A DNA stretch of 64,000 nt from Candidatus Curtissbacteria bacterium (GTDB lineage: Bacteria; Patescibacteriota; Microgenomatia; Curtissbacterales; GWA2-41-24), in contig JAUSJC010000010.1 of the NCBI GenBank assembly GCA_030647775.1, positions 200,718 through 264,717 of the forward strand. The letters are read 5' to 3'. The number at the start of each line of letters is the position of its first letter. Position 1 is the stretch's first letter. Positions 54,716-63,893 of the stretch are shown piece by piece. Below the pieces are notes generated by a model. That model did no database searches and was not told where the DNA came from. It saw only the letters and a program-made list of their open reading frames with translations. The translations under genes and the position numbers were made by a program.

Positions 54716-56176
54716 ATGGAGTCGCTGGAGAAAATTCGTCAAACTCGCCTCGAAAAGCTGGAAAAGATTAGGAAACTTGGCATCAATCCCTTCCCTGCCA
54801 AAAGCGCCAAAAAACAAGACGTCGCCACTTGCCTCAAATCAGCAGGCAAGATTGTCCAAACTGCCGGCCGCGTCATGGCCATCCGCGGCCACGGCGGCTC
54901 AAGCTTTATGGACTTGGTCGACGAGTCCGGCAAAATCCAACTTTTTTTCTCCGCCGACAAACTATCCACAATTAACCGTCAACTTTTAACTCTTCTGGAT
55001 ACCGGTGATTTTATTCAGGTAGAGGGGAAAGTTGACAAAACTGCCGCGGGTCAACTGACAATTTTTGCCGACGGCTTTAAACTTCTCACCAAATCTATTC
55101 GCCCGGTCCCCGCAACTTTTTACGGTTTAAAGAACCCAGAAACGCGACTGCGAAAAAGATATTTGGATTTGATAGCCAACCCCGAGGTTCATGACCTTTT
55201 TGTCAAAAAAGCAAAATTTTGGACCAGTGTCAGGCAGTTTTTAATAGAGGACGGATTTTTGGAAGTAGAAACTCCGGCCCTCGAACTTATTCCCGGCGGC
55301 GCAGACGCAACCCCCTTTATCACCCACCACAATGCTTTGGATGCCGATTATTACTTAAGAATCTCGCTGGAGCTTTACCAAAAAAGGTTGCTTGTCGGCG
55401 GCTTTGAAAAAATTTTTGAAATCGGGAAAATCCTCAGAAACGAAGGCATCGATACCGAACACTTGCAAGACTATCTCCAGATGGAATTTTACTGGGCGTA
55501 TGCCGACTACGTTGCTCTCATCGATTTTGTCGAAAAATATTACCGCTTCATTGTCAAAGAAACCTTTGGGTCAACAAAAACAAAAAGCGGTGAAATCGAA
55601 TTAGATTGGGGAAAACCATGGGAGAAAGTCGATTACATCGATGCTTTTAAGGTCGAAACCGGTCTGGATCTTTCTAAAAATCCTAAAGTCGACGAGCTTT
55701 TAAAACTGGCAGACAAAGTCGGTGCCAAGCCAAACAAGAAATTAGCAGAGGGGAGACTCATTGATTTGATTTACAAAAAGACAATTCGGCCAAAACTCAT
55801 CCAGCCATCCCTCCTTATTAATCATCCGGTTGCCGTATCCCCGCTGGCCAAAAGGGATGAAAAAAATCCCAATATTGTCCAAAGGATCCAGGTTTTGGCG
55901 GCTGGCACGGAAATCGGTAATGGCTGGTCGGAACTTAATGATCCGATAGACCAAGCTCAAAGATTTGAAAAACAGCAGGAAATGAGAAAAGAAGGTGATA
56001 CAGAAGCCCAAATGTACGATCACGATTTTGTCGAAGCTTTAGAATATGGTATGCCGCCCGCAGCCGGTTTTGGACTTTCCCAAAGATTATTTGCCGTGCT
56101 CGTCGACAAACCCATCCGCGAAACAGTCTTTTTCCCAACAATAAGAGGGGAAAATGAGACCATTACACTACGATGA
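54716..56176 (+). CDS. lysS: Lysine--tRNA ligase, class II
   Basis: R.RYLDL, GGADATPF.TH, LRISLELY.K, YGMPPAAG.G. Confidence 0.97.
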   Translation: MESLEKIRQTRLEKLEKIRKLGINPFPAKSAKKQDVATCLKSAGKIVQTAGRVMAIRGHGGSSFMDLVDESGKIQLFFSADKLSTINRQLLTLLDTGDFIQVEGKVDKTAAGQLTIFADGFKLLTKSIRPVPATFYGLKNPETRLRKRYLDLIANPEVHDLFVKKAKFWTSVRQFLIEDGFLEVETPALELIPGGADATPFITHHNALDADYYLRISLELYQKRLLVGGFEKIFEIGKILRNEGIDTEHLQDYLQMEFYWAYADYVALIDFVEKYYRFIVKETFGSTKTKSGEIELDWGKPWEKVDYIDAFKVETGLDLSKNPKVDELLKLADKVGAKPNKKLAEGRLIDLIYKKTIRPKLIQPSLLINHPVAVSPLAKRDEKNPNIVQRIQVLAAGTEIGNGWSELNDPIDQAQRFEKQQEMRKEGDTEAQMYDHDFVEALEYGMPPAAGFGLSQRLFAVLVDKPIRETVFFPTIRGENETITLR

Positions 56177-56203
56177 TACGAATCATCGTAGTGGGAGTAC
56201 GAA

Positions 56204-56800
56204 ATGAAAAAAGAAACACTTAAAAAAATTCTCAAAGTTTTCTTAACTTTGCAGTGGGCCAAAGAACTGCCGCGCCAGGGTTTTATCGCTTTGGGTTTTA
56301 AAAGAAACGAAGCCGATTCCGTTGCCGCCCATTCCTGGACGACAGCCATGCTGGTTTATTTCCTTGGCAGCGAAATGAAAAAACAAGGGCAAAAAATCGA
56401 TGTCGATAAAGCAGTCAAAATGGCGATGTTTCATGATATGGCCGAAACCATTGTCGGGGACGTCGGCACTTTCGTTAAAGCTATGGCCAAAGGCGCTTTT
56501 GCCCCGATTGAAGAAGAAGGCCTGAAATGGCTCGTCAAAGACCTGCCGTCAAATAAAGAAGTTATCGCGCTTGTCGAAGAATATATGGCTAGGAAAACCC
56601 TGGAAGCCCGTCTTTGCAAAGTCGCCGATAATCTGGATGCTCTGGCTCAGGCCAAAGGTGTTCCCGGCGCCCAAAGCGCGCTAAAGTATTTTAAAGAGGT
56701 TTACCATATCACCAAAATCCCATGGCACAAAGACGCCGTTGGAATGATTTTAAAAGACGAAGTGGAGCCCGAACGCTCTTGGCAGGAAAATAGTCACTAA
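56204..56800 (+). CDS. HD-domain phosphohydrolase (YfbR/HDDC2-like)
   Basis: RQG, SVAAHS, FHDMAE..GD, AD.LD. Confidence 0.85.
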   Translation: MKKETLKKILKVFLTLQWAKELPRQGFIALGFKRNEADSVAAHSWTTAMLVYFLGSEMKKQGQKIDVDKAVKMAMFHDMAETIVGDVGTFVKAMAKGAFAPIEEEGLKWLVKDLPSNKEVIALVEEYMARKTLEARLCKVADNLDALAQAKGVPGAQSALKYFKEVYHITKIPWHKDAVGMILKDEVEPERSWQENSH

Positions 56801-56812
56801 TCGCCCCTCCCT

Positions 56813-56910
56813 GTCATTCTGGAGCGAAGGGACAGAATAAGCTCTCTTATTCTGGGGACGAGCGAAGTCGAAGACTCTGAGTGAAATCGAAGAGCGAGGA
56901 CACCAGAATC
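56813..56910. repeat. Nested cluster of family B and A elements upstream of serS
   Basis: gtcattctggagcgaag..; attctgg..gagcgaagtcgaag..ctgagtgaaatcgaag..ccagaatc. Confidence 0.8.
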
Positions 56911-56927
56911 TAAAAAAGGAGAAACAA

Positions 56928-58148
56928 ATGCTTGATATTAAATTTATAAGAGAAAATCAAAAACTGGTCGAAGAGAAATCCGCCCAAAAGGGTTATTCAC
57001 CCAACATTAAGAAATTATTGGAAGTAGACGGATCTCGGCGCAAGTTAATAGAAGAAGTCGATAAACTCAGGTCAGACCGGAAAGCGGCCGCAGGCATTAG
57101 GGATGAGGAAAAAGGAACGAAAATCAAATCCTCACTGAAAATTAAAGAAGACGAACTGGAAAAATTAAACGAGGAATTTTATACACTAGTCCGCGAGGTC
57201 CCAAACTTGCCAAAAGATGACGTGCCTCTTGGCCCCGATGATAAGAGCGATAAAGTCATAAAAGAAGCGGGTAAAAAATCCAAATTCGCTTTTGCACCTA
57301 AAGACCATTTGGAACTCGGAGTCGGCCTGGATTTAATCGATGTCGACCGGGCTTCAAAAACTTCCGGCGCAAGGTTTGGGTTTATAAAAAATGAACTGGT
57401 AATTTTAGAATTGGCGCTAGTTAGATTAGCCTTTGATCTTTTAACTGCGGAAGGATTCATCGCCGTCATTCCTCCCGTCATTATTAATAAGAAAATAGCC
57501 GAAGGCCTTGGCTATCCCGAATACGAAACAGGAGAGGGGTATAAACTAGACGACCAATTTTTAGTTGGTACCGCCGAGCATTCAATCGTCCCGATGCACA
57601 TGGACGAAACATTTGGCGAAAGCGATTTACCAAAAAGGTATGTCGGGTTTTCAACCGCTTTCAGGAGAGAGGCCGGATCGTACGGCAAAGATACCCGCGG
57701 AATCTTTCGTGTCCACCAGTTTGATAAAGTCGAAATGGTCTCCTTCGTCGATCCAAAAGACGATGACAAAGAGCATCAATTTCTGTTATCTCTCGAAGAA
57801 AAAATGGTAGGCCAGCTTGGATTGCCATATCGTGTTGTGAATAAGGCAGCGGGAGAACTCGGGTTTCCGACCGCCCAAAAATATGATATTGAAATCTGGA
57901 TCCCTTCACAAAAAATGTATCGCGAGACACACTCAGCATCAACCAATACCGATTTCCAATCAAGACGTTTAAACATTAAATACCAAAGCAAAAATCAAAA
58001 GGGTTACGTCTATATTCTCAACGCCACGGCCTTTGCTATCGGCAGGACCCTTATCGCCATTATGGAAAATTACCAGCAAAAAGACGGATCAATTTTGGTT
58101 CCAAAAGCCCTCCAAAAATACACCGGTTTTAGCAAAATCCCCCGTTAA
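56928..58148 (+). CDS. serS: Serine--tRNA ligase
   Basis: MLDIKFIREN, GTAE, FRREAG..GKDTRG.FRVHQF.K.E, LNATA. Confidence 0.97.
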   Translation: MLDIKFIRENQKLVEEKSAQKGYSPNIKKLLEVDGSRRKLIEEVDKLRSDRKAAAGIRDEEKGTKIKSSLKIKEDELEKLNEEFYTLVREVPNLPKDDVPLGPDDKSDKVIKEAGKKSKFAFAPKDHLELGVGLDLIDVDRASKTSGARFGFIKNELVILELALVRLAFDLLTAEGFIAVIPPVIINKKIAEGLGYPEYETGEGYKLDDQFLVGTAEHSIVPMHMDETFGESDLPKRYVGFSTAFRREAGSYGKDTRGIFRVHQFDKVEMVSFVDPKDDDKEHQFLLSLEEKMVGQLGLPYRVVNKAAGELGFPTAQKYDIEIWIPSQKMYRETHSASTNTDFQSRRLNIKYQSKNQKGYVYILNATAFAIGRTLIAIMENYQQKDGSILVPKALQKYTGFSKIPR

Positions 58149-58168
58149 ATTTTAACTTCAGCCGCCAT

Positions 58169-58194
58169 GTCATTCTGAACTTGATTCAGAATCT
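58169..58194. repeat. Family B single hairpin
   Basis: gtcattctgaacttgattcagaatct. Confidence 0.85.
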
Positions 58195-58240
58195 TTTGGG
58201 AGCTTGACATAGATTTTTTCACATCCTAATCTAAATATTA

Positions 58241-58275
58241 GAAAAGCCTTCCATCTGCCGAGGAAGGCTTTTTCT
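58241..58275. terminator. Intrinsic terminator-like hairpin
   Basis: aaaagccttcc-atctgccga-ggaaggcttttt. Confidence 0.75.
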
Positions 58276-58312
58276 TTGCTAAAATGCATATCGTAAGTTA
58301 AAATTGACTACT

Positions 58313-58465
58313 ATGCGTCCTACACTGCCAGACGTGGAAGTTGCCAGACTTAAAAAGAGAAACCGCATAAAGAAACTTTCCCCAAAAGTTCATAAAGTAG
58401 TTCACGAATCCGGAAGGTCTACAAAAAGTCTATGGCGCCTAATTATTGAAAGGGCTAAAAAATAA
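58313..58465 (+). CDS. Small basic protein, 50 aa, abutting secA; not in ORF track
   Basis: MRPTLPDVEVARLKKRNRIKKLSPKVHKVVHESGRSTKSLWRLIIERAKK; TAA directly precedes secA ATG; TGCTAAAAT -10 upstream. Confidence 0.55.
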   Translation: MRPTLPDVEVARLKKRNRIKKLSPKVHKVVHESGRSTKSLWRLIIERAKK

Positions 58466-61414
58466 ATGTTTGGAATATTCGAAAAATTTTTAGATTCAAA
58501 TGAAAAACAGGTTAAAAACCTTCAGCCGATTATAGATCGCGTCGCGGGAGAGTCCAAAAAAATCCAAAAGCTGACAGATGGGCAGTTAAAATCAAAAACC
58601 GCCCAGTTCAAACTCCGTCTTGAGCGGGGAGAGTCACTCAATGATATTTTGCCGGAAGCATTTGCCGTTGTCCGCGAAGCGGCAACTCGTACTTTAAATC
58701 TCCGCCATTACGATGTCCAGGTTCTTGCCGGTATTGTCCTGCATCAGGGTAAAATTGCCGAGCAAAAAACGGGTGAAGGAAAAACCCTTACCGCATCCCT
58801 CGCGCTCTATTTAAATTCCCTAACCGGCCGTGGCGTTCATCTGGCGACAGTCAACGATTATCTTGCCCGGGTTGGCTTGGGATGGATGGGTCCGATCTAC
58901 GAGGCACTGGGGGTCTCCGCCGGCTGTATTATGCAGGATGCCGCTTTTATCTATGACCAAAAATATACCGACAAAAAGCAAACCGATTGGCGTCTCCAAC
59001 ACCTTCGGCCGGTTGATAAAAAAGAAGCATATAAGGCCGATATTACTTACGGTACCAATAACGAATTTGGTTTTGATTACCTGCGTGACAATATGGTTTG
59101 GGATCTTGCCGACATGGCTCAAAGAAGCCACCACTTTGCCATTGTCGATGAAGCAGACTCTATTCTAATCGATGAAGCCCGCACCCCGCTTATTATTTCC
59201 GCTCCCCAAAACCAGGCCTCCGATAAATATTTCCAATTTGCCAAACTTGTGGGCGAACTTTCCAAAGATACCGATTATGTTATTGACGAAAAATTAAAAT
59301 CGGCAAGCTTAACCGAGCATGGTATCACCAAAGTCGAAAAGCGCTTAGGGGTCGAAAATCTATACGAAAAAGATTTCGGCACTATTCACCATATTGAACA
59401 AGCCCTTCGCGCCAGAACTCTTTTTCATAAAGATACGGATTACGTTGTTAAAGATAACGAAATTATAATTGTCGACGAGTTTACGGGCCGTCTGATGCCG
59501 GGCCGCCGCTGGTCGGAAGGTTTGCATCAGGCGATTGAAGCCAAAGAAGGGGTGAGTGTCCAGCAGGAATCGCAAACCCTAGCCACCGTTTCTTTCCAAA
59601 ATTATTTTCGCCTTTACGAAAAACTTGCCGGGATGACTGGAACGGCCGCGACCGAAGCCGAAGAATTTCACAAGATTTACAAAGTCGAAGTTATTGTCAT
59701 TCCGACAAACAAAGACATGGTCAGGAAAGACCATTCCGATATTGTCTACAAGACTGTCAAAGCAAAGTTTACAGCCGCAGCTGCCGATATCGCCGAGCAT
59801 CACCAAATCGGTCAGCCTGTTTTAATCGGTACTACTTCAATCGAGAAGAATGAATTTTTAGCCGAACTTTTAAAAAGAAAAGGCGTCCCTCATCAGATAT
59901 TAAACGCAAAGAACCACCAGCGTGAAGCCGAAATTATTTCCCAGGCCGGAAGACGCGGGTCAGTTACTCTGGCAACCAACATCGCCGGCCGCGGTGTCGA
60001 CATTATCCTTGGCGGCACTCCGCCGACCGATAGGCTGGGCAGACCAAGAACGACCGGTCCCCAGTTTAAAAAATGGCAAAAAGAACATGAAGAGGTTGTT
60101 TCTCTCGGCGGCCTTCACGTCGTCGGAACCGAAAGGCACGAGGCCAGAAGAATTGATAACCAGCTCCGTGGCCGTTCCGGCCGTCAGGGAGACCCGGGCT
60201 CAAGCCGCTTTTATGTTTCCTTGGAAGACGATATTATGCGCCTTTTTGGTGGCGACCAAATCGCCAAAATAATGACCGCCTTCAAACTCCCGGAAGATAC
60301 CCCGATTGAACACGGTATGGTGAGTAAGGCTATCGAGAATGCGCAGGTCAAAGTCGAAACCCATAACTTCGATATCCGCAAACACCTGGTCGAATACGAC
60401 GATGTCGCCAATAAACAAAGGGAAATTATCTATGGTATGCGCAAAGATGTGCTTCTGGCAGCCCAAGACAAGGAAATGGCCGCCAAGATGCGGGAAGAAG
60501 TTAAAGACAAGATCGGAAGAGAAGTTGAAAACATTGTCCTTGCCCAAACCGTAGAAGGCGCGTCGCCTGATATTGGAAAAATTCTCCAGGATTTTTCCCT
60601 CATCATTCCTTTTGACGAAACTTCCCAAAAAAAACTTTTGTCCGATGCGCCCGCCAATTCCGAAAGATTAATAGAGTTTTTAAAAGGGGTCACAAGCCAG
60701 GTTTATGAAAGCCGCGAAAAATCTCTCGGGGAAAAAGTCGCCCGCGATATCGAAAAGTTTACGACTCTTTCCGTTATCGATACCCTGTGGATTGAACATC
60801 TGGATAGTCTAGATGATCTGCGCGAAGGCATTGGCCTTCGGGCTGCCGGCCAGCGCGACCCGTTGGTTGAATATAAACAGGAAGCATTTAACCTCTTTGA
60901 AAAATTAGCCGGGTCAATCGATTACGAAATCGTCCATCGCATTTTTAAAGTCCAGGTCCGCCAGGAACCGGCCGTAGAAAAACAAGAGGAGAGAGGAATC
61001 GAAGTCCATGCTCAGCCCGAGCTGGTCAGTCAAGAGCCGGCAATTACTAGCCAGGAGCCGGCAGTCGATCCTCTAACCATGCCGGATGACGAGCTGGACC
61101 GCGAGATCGCCCGGCTCGAAAAAGAACAGGGGACTACCGGTCAACAAACGCCCGCGGAAAGCCAGTCATTCTCCAAAGACCCGAACGAGATGACCGATGA
61201 GGAACTCGACGCCGAGATCGCCAGGATGGAGGCTCTCAAAAAAGGGTCCGACCCTTCGAAACTTCAAGCATCAAGCCCTTTCTTAAAAGGGTCGGACCCT
61301 ATCAATAAGCCACTCCGGATTCAAAAAATTGGCAGAAACGATCCCTGTCCTTGTGGATCAGGACTCAAATGGAAAAAGTGCGGCTTGATTAACGCCCCCG
61401 AACATAAAGGATAA
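58466..61414 (+). CDS. secA: Preprotein translocase ATPase SecA
   Basis: TGEGKT, DEAD, QLRGRSGRQGDPG, GRNDPCPCGSG. Confidence 0.98.
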   Translation: MFGIFEKFLDSNEKQVKNLQPIIDRVAGESKKIQKLTDGQLKSKTAQFKLRLERGESLNDILPEAFAVVREAATRTLNLRHYDVQVLAGIVLHQGKIAEQKTGEGKTLTASLALYLNSLTGRGVHLATVNDYLARVGLGWMGPIYEALGVSAGCIMQDAAFIYDQKYTDKKQTDWRLQHLRPVDKKEAYKADITYGTNNEFGFDYLRDNMVWDLADMAQRSHHFAIVDEADSILIDEARTPLIISAPQNQASDKYFQFAKLVGELSKDTDYVIDEKLKSASLTEHGITKVEKRLGVENLYEKDFGTIHHIEQALRARTLFHKDTDYVVKDNEIIIVDEFTGRLMPGRRWSEGLHQAIEAKEGVSVQQESQTLATVSFQNYFRLYEKLAGMTGTAATEAEEFHKIYKVEVIVIPTNKDMVRKDHSDIVYKTVKAKFTAAAADIAEHHQIGQPVLIGTTSIEKNEFLAELLKRKGVPHQILNAKNHQREAEIISQAGRRGSVTLATNIAGRGVDIILGGTPPTDRLGRPRTTGPQFKKWQKEHEEVVSLGGLHVVGTERHEARRIDNQLRGRSGRQGDPGSSRFYVSLEDDIMRLFGGDQIAKIMTAFKLPEDTPIEHGMVSKAIENAQVKVETHNFDIRKHLVEYDDVANKQREIIYGMRKDVLLAAQDKEMAAKMREEVKDKIGREVENIVLAQTVEGASPDIGKILQDFSLIIPFDETSQKKLLSDAPANSERLIEFLKGVTSQVYESREKSLGEKVARDIEKFTTLSVIDTLWIEHLDSLDDLREGIGLRAAGQRDPLVEYKQEAFNLFEKLAGSIDYEIVHRIFKVQVRQEPAVEKQEERGIEVHAQPELVSQEPAITSQEPAVDPLTMPDDELDREIARLEKEQGTTGQQTPAESQSFSKDPNEMTDEELDAEIARMEALKKGSDPSKLQASSPFLKGSDPINKPLRIQKIGRNDPCPCGSGLKWKKCGLINAPEHKG

Positions 61415-61452
61415 ACCCCTAAGTTTTTGCTACAATTGCTCAAAGCAACCGG

Positions 61453-63000
61453 ATGAAAGAAAAAATTGTAATAACTCTCCTCGTGTTTTCGGCAGCCATA
61501 ATCAGGTTCCTACTAATTGCGCGTGATTCGGTTCCTTTTGCCTACGACATGGGTCGCGATCTCCTGTGGGCTAAGGATATAAGCTTCTATCACACCCCAA
61601 CGCTAATCGGTCCGGCCGCCAGCATTTGGGGAGTCTATTTCCAGCCGTTTTGGTATTACTTTCTATCGATCCCGCTTCTTTTGACAGGAGGCAACCCGCT
61701 TTCGGCGGTCTTCGCTACTGCCGCTATGGTTTTGTTAACCGGGTTTTTGGCCTTTATCTTATTTAAAAACTACCTCCCGAAGATCTATATTTTTACTCTT
61801 GCGGTTTTGCTTCTTTTTTCATCCAATTTAATCAATATCTCAACGTTTGCCTTCCATGCCAATCTTTTGCCCCTTTTAACTTTACTGACAACTTATTTTA
61901 TTTTCGCGTCAATTGTTAAAAATCCCCTGAACTTCTCACTCGCGGCGTTTTTTGTCAGCTTGATGTTTAGTGCCGATCCGGCACCTGCAGTGGCCTTTAC
62001 GATAGTTCTGGTTTTTTTCTTCTTTTTCCTTAAACTTTACAAATCGCGGGAAGCTATAAAAACTGCTGTTACTTCAGCCGTTTTTTACCTTATTCCGTTT
62101 ATTCCCCAAATTATCTTTGAGCTTCGAAATAACTTTATCCAAACGAAATCCCTGTTTGCCTACTTTAGCGGAAATAACCCATCCCTTTCGGGCCAACTGC
62201 CGCTTTTAGGAAGAATCCCAAACCGCCTGTCCGTCTATTTTGATTTTGTAAAAGCAAACTTCGCCCCTCAAAATATTTTGACGCTTACTCTAATAATTTT
62301 TACTATTTATGGCCTCTACAAATTTTCAAAATCAATCAGCAATCGACAATCAACGATCAACAATGCACTTCATACTCTATTTAGAATTAACCTTTATATT
62401 TTTATTATCACTTTTCTCATAAATACTTTTTTGGTAAATGTGGAAATAAAGAACTGGTATCTTTCGGGGCAAGCGGTCAATGCCGCTTTCTTAATTGTAT
62501 TTGCTCTTGTTGGAATAAGATCCAAAATCTTAACTTTACTTTTTTTAACAATTTTTCTGCTTGCAAATCTTTTGCCGGTTACCAGTTCCCATAAAATAGC
62601 GCGAGCGGCGGCAGATCCGGCCACACTTTCAAATCAGCTTAAAGTTATCGATACCATTTACGCAGATAAGACAGATCCTTTCTCCGTTTATGTTTATACC
62701 CCTTCGATCTATGATCTGAATTACCAGCACCTTTTCTGGTGGCAAGGGATCAAAAAAGGAAAAGGATTACCTGCCGACTTTGCCTATTTGCCGCAAGAGC
62801 CGGATTATGTCAGAAATAAATCAAAATACTTCGTAAGTTTGGGGTCATCAAACACGATTTATCTAATCATCGAAAATGCTCAAGAGAACCAATTTTATAC
62901 AAGTGCCGATTGGCAAACTAACTTTAACGAATATAAAATTGTCTGGGAGAAAAATATAAATGGGGCAATAAGAGTCCAAAAAAAGGTTAAGCAAAATTGA
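61453..63000 (+). CDS. GT-C (PMT/ArnT-like) membrane glycosyltransferase
   Basis: F.YD.GRD, LIGP, P.WYY; many TMs. Confidence 0.75.
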   Translation: MKEKIVITLLVFSAAIIRFLLIARDSVPFAYDMGRDLLWAKDISFYHTPTLIGPAASIWGVYFQPFWYYFLSIPLLLTGGNPLSAVFATAAMVLLTGFLAFILFKNYLPKIYIFTLAVLLLFSSNLINISTFAFHANLLPLLTLLTTYFIFASIVKNPLNFSLAAFFVSLMFSADPAPAVAFTIVLVFFFFFLKLYKSREAIKTAVTSAVFYLIPFIPQIIFELRNNFIQTKSLFAYFSGNNPSLSGQLPLLGRIPNRLSVYFDFVKANFAPQNILTLTLIIFTIYGLYKFSKSISNRQSTINNALHTLFRINLYIFIITFLINTFLVNVEIKNWYLSGQAVNAAFLIVFALVGIRSKILTLLFLTIFLLANLLPVTSSHKIARAAADPATLSNQLKVIDTIYADKTDPFSVYVYTPSIYDLNYQHLFWWQGIKKGKGLPADFAYLPQEPDYVRNKSKYFVSLGSSNTIYLIIENAQENQFYTSADWQTNFNEYKIVWEKNINGAIRVQKKVKQN

Positions 63001-63033
63001 CTTTTAGGCTCCTTTGCCTAATACTAGGTTCAT

Positions 63034-63729
63034 ATGTCTTTCTTGCCCCGAAAAGGTTTTAGTCACTTAGTCATCTTAATTCTTGTCGCGATTTTAGGTA
63101 CAGTCTTCTTTCTAAGCCCAATAAAAAAATACCTATATATGGCATATCAAAATGCCGGTATGGCTGTCGGCATCAATCTAAATAATATTGCTACCGCAAG
63201 CTATGTCAATTTCATCAAATCCCAAAGCGGCCAGTATGAAAACGCCAGTACCGCAATTTGGCTAAACCAAAAAATCGCTTACAATAATTTCTTGGCCGAA
63301 GGCCCTGAGCGAAGTCGAAGGGCCGACGCGAACGTTTTGGGTAATCAATCTCCCGCTGATCCCAATAAATGGATTGATATTAATTTATCTGAACAAAGAC
63401 TTTATATGAAGCAAGGTGCCAGCACCGTTGCTAGTTTTTTAGTTTCTACCGGTAAATGGGCGCCGACCCCGACAGGCACTTTTGCCATCTGGACAAAGTT
63501 AAGATATACCACAATGGCAGGTGGAAACCAGGCGCTCGGTACTTACTATAACCTTCCAAATGTCCCCTACGTAATGTACTTTTACCAGGGTTATGGAATG
63601 CACGGGGCTTATTGGCATAACAACTTTGGCCAGCGCATGAGTCACGGCTGTGTCAACATGAGGCCGGAAGAAGCCGGCATTGTCTTCAACTGGGCAGATG
63701 TCGGCACCCGCGTAGTTGTCCACGATTAA
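63034..63729 (+). CDS. L,D-transpeptidase (YkuD family)
   Basis: I.INLSEQRL, VSTG...TP.G, HGAYW..SHGCVN. Confidence 0.93.
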   Translation: MSFLPRKGFSHLVILILVAILGTVFFLSPIKKYLYMAYQNAGMAVGINLNNIATASYVNFIKSQSGQYENASTAIWLNQKIAYNNFLAEGPERSRRADANVLGNQSPADPNKWIDINLSEQRLYMKQGASTVASFLVSTGKWAPTPTGTFAIWTKLRYTTMAGGNQALGTYYNLPNVPYVMYFYQGYGMHGAYWHNNFGQRMSHGCVNMRPEEAGIVFNWADVGTRVVVHD

Positions 63730-63856
63730 ATTTTAGATAACCCTGAGTATACCGTCAGCTTTTCAGCTGAGGCGACCTGCTGATATGTCTTCCTCTCCGT
63801 TGGAGAACGACATATATCAGATTGTCCGGAGGACAAGGCTGATATATAATCCCCCT

Positions 63857-63891
63857 TAGATCCCGTTCACGGGATCGCATGGCACTGTATA
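63857..63891 (+). repeat. Family D leader element between a TATAAT box and the next ATG
   Basis: tagatcccgttcacgggatcgcatggcactgtata. Confidence 0.8.
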
Positions 63892-63893
63892 TA

